IMG/VR virus record: IMGVR_UViG_3300036798_000159
Location: 1-41,467 of that record
Length of the DNA: 41,467 bases
Direction: 5' to 3' (one strand)
Source: a virus
Lineage: Duplodnaviria; Caudoviricetes
Shown here: piece by piece, positions 35,401 to 41,467 of the stretch
Position numbering within the stretch: the stretch's first letter is position 1
How the letters are laid out: every line of letters starts with the position of its first letter
The notes under the pieces: model-generated
The model's database searches: none
What the model was told of the DNA's origin: nothing
Seen by the model: only the letters and a program-made list of their open reading frames with translations
Program-made: the position numbers and the translations under genes

Positions 35401-35778
35401 ATGGCCACCGGCGGTCGCAAGACCCAATATCAAGTCATCCACGAAATCAGTGCGCAGTTCGGTTTCGGGCAGACGTCGGGGATCATCGGCGTGCTGCCTG
35501 CGGGCGCCATCGCCATGACCACGCATCTGCTGACGTCGCAGGTGTTCAACTCCACCACGAATACGCTGGCGGTCGGCACAACGCCGGGCGGCAATCAGTT
35601 CTTGGCGGCCTCTGATCTGCACGCGGCGGTCGCGCGGGTCGATACGCCGGTTCCGGCGGCCTCCATGGGGCCGTTCGCGGTGGACACGCCGATTTACGGA
35701 ACCGTGGCCTCCACCGGTCCGGCGCCCACGCAAGGCGTCGCGACGGTGTGGATCGACTATCTGCCCGGCCCTGGATGA
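35401..35778 (+). CDS. Capsid decoration/cement protein
   Basis: 125 aa beta-rich, directly after MCP; GVLPAGA...T.G.A.V.IDY. Confidence 0.65.
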   Translation: MATGGRKTQYQVIHEISAQFGFGQTSGIIGVLPAGAIAMTTHLLTSQVFNSTTNTLAVGTTPGGNQFLAASDLHAAVARVDTPVPAASMGPFAVDTPIYGTVASTGPAPTQGVATVWIDYLPGPG

Positions 35779-35785
35779 GGCTGCC

Positions 35786-37609
35786 ATGGCGTCAGGCCGG
35801 GATAGCGGGCTCCAGGCTGTCCAATTCATATCGCGGTCGGTCACGCCGCTGGTTCCCGGCCTCGTGGCCGGGACTCCGGTGGGCGTGCTGCCTGCCGGGG
35901 CGGTAGCGCGCAATCTGCATATCCTGACGCCGATGGCGTGGTTCGCGGCGGGCGCCGTGACTTTGAGTGTCGGCTTGACGCCGCTGGGCTCTGAGCTGGC
36001 CGCTGGGATCGATCTGAAGACGGTCGGGCGGACGGATACGGCGGTGCCGATCGCGGCCATGGGGCCGTTCTCGAAAGACACGCCGATCTATGCGTCCGTC
36101 CAGGGCGCGGCCTGGGTCGATCACCTGACGCCGAATGATCTGACGGTGAGTAGCGCTGCCGTGCCAATGGTTCCGGGGGCGCCGGTCGGCACGCTGGCGG
36201 GGATGGCGCCGGGCTCAACGCTGATGCTGCTGGGCGCCAGCGGGCGCCTGACGCTGGCGGGCTACGCGTTGTTTACCGGGCAGAGTCCGGCGACGAGCGG
36301 TTCATTCGCGGAGACGATCCGCGATATCAATGCGGCTTACCCGGCGCCCGGCTACCACGATACGACGCTTGTGTTCACGGCGGGCGGCGGCGTGGTGACG
36401 GTGGAGGCCTATGGCATCAATGCCGCCCCGCCGATCCCGGCGAATGCACAGATGATCAGTCCAGGCCAGCTCTGGACGAAAATCAACGCGGCGCAGCCGG
36501 GCGACATTCTCGGGCTGAATGTCGGGGATTGGACGGATGACGTCTACAATCTGACCGGGGTGGTGAAGGGCAACACCGGCCAACCGTATGTGACGATTTG
36601 GGGGCAACCGGGCTGCATCGCCCGCTACATCGACACAACCGGGTGCGTCGGTATCGAAATGATCGGCCTAAGCCTGAACAGCACGGGCGGGCCGACGCAA
36701 ATTTTCATCACCTCGGGGAGCCATTGCCGGTTCGCCTATATCTCCTGTGAAGGCAACACCGACTATCCGCGCGCCTTCATGGTGCGGGCCAACGCCGGGC
36801 CGGGGACGTTCGTGCAGGACTGCGAAATCGTGCATTGCGATTTTCGCCACGTCTACGGCTTCTCAGTCGCCAACTACGCCGATCCCGGCACGGTCCGCGA
36901 TGTGCGGATCACCGATAATCGTATCCAGCATTGGGGGACGGACGGGGCGCTGGTGATGAACGCCACGAGCCTCAAGTTCCAGCGCAATATCTTCTATGAT
37001 TGCAACGATTTCGGCGATCACAACGATATGTTTCAGACGGCGAACACCGGCCTGAACACCGACACGCCGTATTTCGACCCGATCACCGGCAAGAATGTTT
37101 CGGTGTGGGTTGAGTCTAATCTGGCGATCACGGAGCTGGGTTCGGCGAACGGGACGGCGGTGCAGGGCATCCCGTTCATGGGCGACGCGGCGGCGGGTGT
37201 CCTGGTGCGCTATAATTGTTCGTGGGGATGCAGCGCCAACGGCGGCAACTTCGCGGGGGTGGACACCGGCACGGTGACGGCGAATTTCTGGCAGGCGATC
37301 ACCGGGGGGCCGTCCTGGGCGCCCCTAACCATTCTGCAATGTCCCAATCTCTCGGTGACGAACAATCAGGCGGACCACTTTTCGATCGACACGCAATCGG
37401 ACCCTTCGGTGTTCGGTAATGTGCTGATCCCGGACGCGGCGTCGAACGCCGACACGGCGCTGCGCGACGCATTCATTCGGCAACATAGCTTGCCGCATAG
37501 CTTCACCGATTATGCGATCGCGCTGGCCAATAGCCCGGAGGTCCAGGCGGCCACGCCAAGCTCCGGCCAAACGATTGTGGCGCTCGATTACATCGCGCGG
37601 GCGGCATGA
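35786..37609 (+). CDS. Decoration-domain protein with an inserted right-handed beta-helix (head spike/depolymerase-like)
   Basis: Termini paralogous to 35401-35778; central INAAQPGDIL.L..G, Asn-rich repeats and DHNDMFQ. Confidence 0.65.
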   Translation: MASGRDSGLQAVQFISRSVTPLVPGLVAGTPVGVLPAGAVARNLHILTPMAWFAAGAVTLSVGLTPLGSELAAGIDLKTVGRTDTAVPIAAMGPFSKDTPIYASVQGAAWVDHLTPNDLTVSSAAVPMVPGAPVGTLAGMAPGSTLMLLGASGRLTLAGYALFTGQSPATSGSFAETIRDINAAYPAPGYHDTTLVFTAGGGVVTVEAYGINAAPPIPANAQMISPGQLWTKINAAQPGDILGLNVGDWTDDVYNLTGVVKGNTGQPYVTIWGQPGCIARYIDTTGCVGIEMIGLSLNSTGGPTQIFITSGSHCRFAYISCEGNTDYPRAFMVRANAGPGTFVQDCEIVHCDFRHVYGFSVANYADPGTVRDVRITDNRIQHWGTDGALVMNATSLKFQRNIFYDCNDFGDHNDMFQTANTGLNTDTPYFDPITGKNVSVWVESNLAITELGSANGTAVQGIPFMGDAAAGVLVRYNCSWGCSANGGNFAGVDTGTVTANFWQAITGGPSWAPLTILQCPNLSVTNNQADHFSIDTQSDPSVFGNVLIPDAASNADTALRDAFIRQHSLPHSFTDYAIALANSPEVQAATPSSGQTIVALDYIARAA

Positions 37610-37610
37610 C

Positions 37611-38252
37611 ATGGCGACGCTCGGCGATCTGAAAACGAGGATCATCGCGGAGACGCTGCGCGACGATTTGGCGGACGATATGGCGGCGTCGCTGACGTTG
37701 CTGATCCAAAAATCTATCGAGCAATATGCAAGCGTCCGCTGGTGGTTCAACGAGGCGCGCGGCACGACTTACACCGTGCTCGGGTCGCAGAACGCGGTGC
37801 TGCCGCCGGATTTCCGTTATGGCGATGACGCCAAGCTGGACCTGGGCGGCGTCAACTATTCGATGTTGCTCCGCCAGCCGGTGGAAATTGATGATCGCTA
37901 CACGGCGGGCGCGATCCAGGGCCAACCCACGGAATATGCCTATCTAGGCTCCAGCCTTTACCTCTGGCCGACGCCGAACCGGATTTATCCGGTGCTGCTG
38001 CGCTACGTCGCCAATGTGAGCCCGGCGCTCGATTTCACCGACGACACCTCGGCCAACTTCTGGACGAACGAGGGGCAGGATTTAATCACCGCGCGGGTTA
38101 AGCTGCGGCTCTATCGGGATTATCTGTCGGCGGCGCTGACGGACCCGCGTGTCGTGGCCTCCAACAATCAGGAACAGGACGCCTATACGATCCTGCGCAG
38201 CGCCCATAACCGGCGGATCAGCACGGGCCGCGTCAGGGCCGGGTTCGGATGA
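37611..38252 (+). CDS. Head-tail adaptor (tail tubular A-like)
   Basis: MATLGDLKTRI..E..RDDL, RWWFNE, G.P..YA....LYLWPTP. Confidence 0.75.
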   Translation: MATLGDLKTRIIAETLRDDLADDMAASLTLLIQKSIEQYASVRWWFNEARGTTYTVLGSQNAVLPPDFRYGDDAKLDLGGVNYSMLLRQPVEIDDRYTAGAIQGQPTEYAYLGSSLYLWPTPNRIYPVLLRYVANVSPALDFTDDTSANFWTNEGQDLITARVKLRLYRDYLSAALTDPRVVASNNQEQDAYTILRSAHNRRISTGRVRAGFG

Positions 38253-38503
38253 TCGCGCAAACCCCGACTTCGCTGCTGCTGGAGCCCTCGGCGCCGTCCT
38301 GGGCGCAGCGGCTCGCGCTGCGGCTGGATCGGGTGTTCCTGAACCTGTTTCCAACCTCGCCGGTGCGGTTGTGGTCGGTGACGAAAGCCAACCTTCCCCC
38401 GGCGGCGGATTGGCCGGGGGCGGTTGTCTATGTGAACGATGTCAAAAAGCTCGGGGTGTCGGACGGCGCCGCGTGGCGGGATGCGATGGGAGGCGCGATT
38501 TAG
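38249..38503 (+). CDS. Small virion protein
   Basis: T.ANLPPAA.W.G.VVYV.D....VSDG..W motif. Confidence 0.65.
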   Translation: MIAQTPTSLLLEPSAPSWAQRLALRLDRVFLNLFPTSPVRLWSVTKANLPPAADWPGAVVYVNDVKKLGVSDGAAWRDAMGGAI

Positions 38504-40411
38504 ATGGCCTCTAGCTATACCACGCGAGCCCGGTTCACGCTTCAGGCGACGGGCGAAAACAACAACACCTGGGGCGTGATCCTCAACAGCGGCGTCTTCC
38601 AACTGGTGGATGATTCCATTGCCGGAACGATCGCCTTTGCGCTCTCCGGGACGCACGCGCTGACCACGGCGAACGGCGCCACCGATGAGGCGCGTTTCGC
38701 GGTGGTGAATATCACCGGCGGGACCGGCGGAAGCGTCACGATCCCGGCTGTCTCCAAGCTCTACACGGTGCGCAACGCGTCTTCTGGCCAAGTTCAGGTC
38801 GGCGTCAATGCCGGGCCGATGGCGATGTTTCAGCCGGGCGAGGTCGGACATTGCTACTGTGATGGCGCGACGACGTATCGGGTGCGGGCGACCGATTTTG
38901 GCGGCGCCACGCTGACCGGCCTGGGCGTCCCGATCAATCCGACTGACGCGTGCACGCGCGGCTATGCGGATAATCTCGCCTTCAACGCTATCGGCTTGCC
39001 GGGCCAACCCGGCAACGCTGGGAACTACCTGAAGACCGACGGCACGAACGCCGCTTGGACGCAGGTATCCGGGGCCGACCTTGCGCCCGCGTCGGTGAAT
39101 ACTGCCCAACTGGCGAACGGCGCCGTCACCAACGCGAAGATCGGCGCCAGCCAGATCACTACGACCAACATGGTCGATGGCGCGATCACCAACCCGAAGA
39201 TTGGGCCGGTGGCGGTCGATCACACGAAATACGGTGACACCGTGCTGTGGTTAAGCGCCGCGAACGCCACGGCGCGGGCGTTGCAGTTTTTTACGGGCGC
39301 CCAGCCGGTACCTGCGGCGGGCTTGCGCTGGAATTTTGGCGCCAACGCGGCGAGCGAGACAGGCGCGAATGTCGGGTCCGACCTTGCGATTGATCGGTTC
39401 AGCGATACCGGGGGCTATCTCGGCTCGCCGCTGGTCATAAACCGCAACAGCGGTGCGGTGACGATGCCGAACGCCGTGTCCGTGGGCTCCCTGAACGTCT
39501 CGGGCGGGGTGGGGATCACCGGGGCGCTGTCGGTTGGCGGGAACGTGACCTCTAATGCGATGCTCCGCAGCACAGCCCCGAACCAAACCGGCAAGGGCCT
39601 GCAAATCCTCACTAACAACGTCCTGCGCTGGCAGGTTATCGCCGGAGCCGACAATGAGACGGGCAGCGGCAACAACGGGTCCACGTTCTACGTCCAGAGG
39701 TTCGATGACGGCGGGAACTATCTGGATAGTCCGGTCCAAATTCTCCGCACAAGCGGGCAAACCTACTTAACGTCCCTTAGTGTAAGCGGCGGGTGTGGCC
39801 TTAGTGCAGGCGCAACGTCTAGTGCCGCCATAACGCTTATCGGCGCCAACTCGTCTGCCATTGTCTACAACCCTTCTGGGGTGCTGCGGTTTCAGACAGT
39901 ATGGGACCCAAGCTACGGCTACACTGGATATGCTTACAACTCTAGCGGCGCTTTCATTGGCACGACATTCAGGACTGATGTGGCGTCGGGCCTGCTTTAC
40001 ATTCCGCTGACCGGCAACAACACGACCGGCGCCGCTGCGAACGTGTCGATCCGCGCTTCGGATGGCCTGCTGTTCACCTCGTCGTCGTCGGTGCGCTATA
40101 AGCGCGATCTGTTGGACTACGAGCCGCCGGTCGGCGTGATCGACCTGATGCGCCCGATCAGCTACCGCGAGTTGGAGGCTGGCGAGCAGTCCTATGGCGG
40201 GGATCGGCTCTATGTCGGCTTCACCGCCGAAGACCTCGACGCGCTCGGCCTGACGGAGTTCGTGGACTACGACGCCGAAGGCCTGCCGAACGGCATTTTC
40301 TACGCCAACCTTACCGCGCTGCTGGTGCGTGAATTGCAGGACGTGCGGCAACGGCTGAACGATCTGGAGAACCCCGGCCACGCTCACGGATCAGCTCGGC
40401 GGCGCGCATGA
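38504..40411 (+). CDS. Tail fibre with C-terminal S74-type intramolecular chaperone
   Basis: N-terminal L.ATGEN.NTWG..LN anchor; two LRW...ETG.N.GS....RF.D.G.YL.SP repeats; SS.RYK...MRPISY...GF.AED...Y..L...LV..LQ chaperone. Confidence 0.85.
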   Translation: MASSYTTRARFTLQATGENNNTWGVILNSGVFQLVDDSIAGTIAFALSGTHALTTANGATDEARFAVVNITGGTGGSVTIPAVSKLYTVRNASSGQVQVGVNAGPMAMFQPGEVGHCYCDGATTYRVRATDFGGATLTGLGVPINPTDACTRGYADNLAFNAIGLPGQPGNAGNYLKTDGTNAAWTQVSGADLAPASVNTAQLANGAVTNAKIGASQITTTNMVDGAITNPKIGPVAVDHTKYGDTVLWLSAANATARALQFFTGAQPVPAAGLRWNFGANAASETGANVGSDLAIDRFSDTGGYLGSPLVINRNSGAVTMPNAVSVGSLNVSGGVGITGALSVGGNVTSNAMLRSTAPNQTGKGLQILTNNVLRWQVIAGADNETGSGNNGSTFYVQRFDDGGNYLDSPVQILRTSGQTYLTSLSVSGGCGLSAGATSSAAITLIGANSSAIVYNPSGVLRFQTVWDPSYGYTGYAYNSSGAFIGTTFRTDVASGLLYIPLTGNNTTGAAANVSIRASDGLLFTSSSSVRYKRDLLDYEPPVGVIDLMRPISYRELEAGEQSYGGDRLYVGFTAEDLDALGLTEFVDYDAEGLPNGIFYANLTALLVRELQDVRQRLNDLENPGHAHGSARRRA

Positions 40412-41467
40412 CCAATACGCCGTTTGTCCTGCCGTCCGGGCTAAACAACGATGACACGCATTTTGCGTCGGAAGGGGCGTGGTTTAACGGCTCGCTGATC
40501 CGCTTTTATCAAGGGTCGTGGCAAGTCAAAGGCGGCTGGGAAAAGCTGACGGTCACGAACCTGGGCGGCATTTGCCGGACGGTGTTCGGCTGGACGGACC
40601 TTAGCGAGCTGACGGCGCTGGCGTTCGGTTGCCACAACAGCCTCCAGGTGTGGCGGGACGGCGTGCTCTCCGACATTACCCCGGCGGCCTTCGTGGCGGG
40701 TGAAGGCGACGGGACCGGCGGGGCGGGCTATTCCACGGGCGTCTACGGCGCCAATACCGCCTATGGCACGCCGTCCACCTCGGACTATTTCCCGTTGACC
40801 TGGAGCCTCGCGGCCTGGGGCGGCCTGCTGCTGGCCAACCCGCGCGGACAAGGGATTTTCCAGTGGGACGGGGTGGCGGCGGACAAGGCCGCGATCCTCT
40901 CGAACGCGCCCGCGCAAGTGACTTACATGGTGACGACGCCGCAGCGGCAAGTCATGGCGTTCGGCTGCAATGAAGAGACGAGCGGCACATTCAATCCGCT
41001 GGCGATCCGCTGGAGCGATATCGAAAACAACAACGTGTGGGCGAGCCTGCCAAGCAACAACGCAGGCGAATGGATTCTCGAATCCGGCGGGCGGATCGTC
41101 TGCGCCCGCGTGATGGGCGACTACGTGTTGGTGTGGACGTCGATCAGCGTGTTCCTCGGAACCTACGTTGGCGATCCTGGCCAAACCTGGAAGTTTGAGC
41201 GGGTCGGTTCCTGGTGCGGGTCGATCAGTCCCGGCGCCCCGATCGTCCAGGGCCAGAACGCCATGTGGATCGCTCCGAACGCCACCTTCTGGAGCTACAC
41301 GCTGGGCGGCGCTCCGGCGCCGATCGCCTGCCCGATCCGCCGCATGTTTGAGGACAATCTAGCGCAGGGGCAGGACGATAAAATCGTCGGCTCCAGCGTG
41401 TCGAAATATGGCGAGCTGCAATGGTTTTATGCGGACTCGCGGGATGGGCTGGAGTGCTCGCGCGCCT
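40408..41467 (+). CDS. Tail nozzle/head-closure protein, N-terminal part (continues at window start)
   Basis: ATG overlaps the fibre stop; MTNTPFVLPSGL...IRF...KGGW...IRWSD.EN; open to the window end. Confidence 0.75.
   Translation, partial: MTNTPFVLPSGLNNDDTHFASEGAWFNGSLIRFYQGSWQVKGGWEKLTVTNLGGICRTVFGWTDLSELTALAFGCHNSLQVWRDGVLSDITPAAFVAGEGDGTGGAGYSTGVYGANTAYGTPSTSDYFPLTWSLAAWGGLLLANPRGQGIFQWDGVAADKAAILSNAPAQVTYMVTTPQRQVMAFGCNEETSGTFNPLAIRWSDIENNNVWASLPSNNAGEWILESGGRIVCARVMGDYVLVWTSISVFLGTYVGDPGQTWKFERVGSWCGSISPGAPIVQGQNAMWIAPNATFWSYTLGGAPAPIACPIRRMFEDNLAQGQDDKIVGSSVSKYGELQWFYADSRDGLECSRA
41264..41467. repeat. Terminal direct repeat, copy 2
   Basis: Matches 1-204. Confidence 0.97.

Noticed and set aside
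38504-40411. Diversity-generating retroelement acting on the tail fibre
   Set aside because: No reverse transcriptase and no TR/VR nucleotide repeat pair seen; the internal repeats are diverged at protein level

Overview
Apparently complete, circularly permuted genome (about 41,263 bp unique; bases 1-204 recur at 41264-41467 with one mismatch) of a GC-rich temperate podovirus-type phage. The host is probably an alphaproteobacterium (inferred from the GcrA homolog and Caulobacter-like promoter/boxA motifs). Modules: virion ejection proteins (1-6.7 kb); attP-like region and P4-type tyrosine integrase (7.4-9.0 kb); leftward accessory operon (9-14.7 kb); CI/Cro switch (14.8-15.7 kb); replication/regulation genes (RuvC-like, C5-MTase, SSB-like, primase-helicase, GcrA; 15.7-22.9 kb); terminase (23.1-25.3 kb); a 5.4 kb island of small genes between terminase and portal; then portal, scaffold, N4-gp56-type capsid, decoration proteins, adaptor, tail fibre and nozzle. 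Most notable: (1) a CCCACACAC..GGA motif at the translation starts of 12 leftward genes, whose antisense is displayed in a hairpin loop of a structured non-coding element in the late region, suggesting an sRNA-based regulon; (2) an orphan triceptide-like (YhhA-like) RiPP precursor in a repeat-delimited cassette; (3) a TTGACG-N7-TGATCACTC late-promoter motif; (4) a stand-alone CapW/BrxR-like wHTH; (5) a capsid decoration protein with an inserted beta-helix domain. All family assignments come from motif recognition by eye, not database searches.
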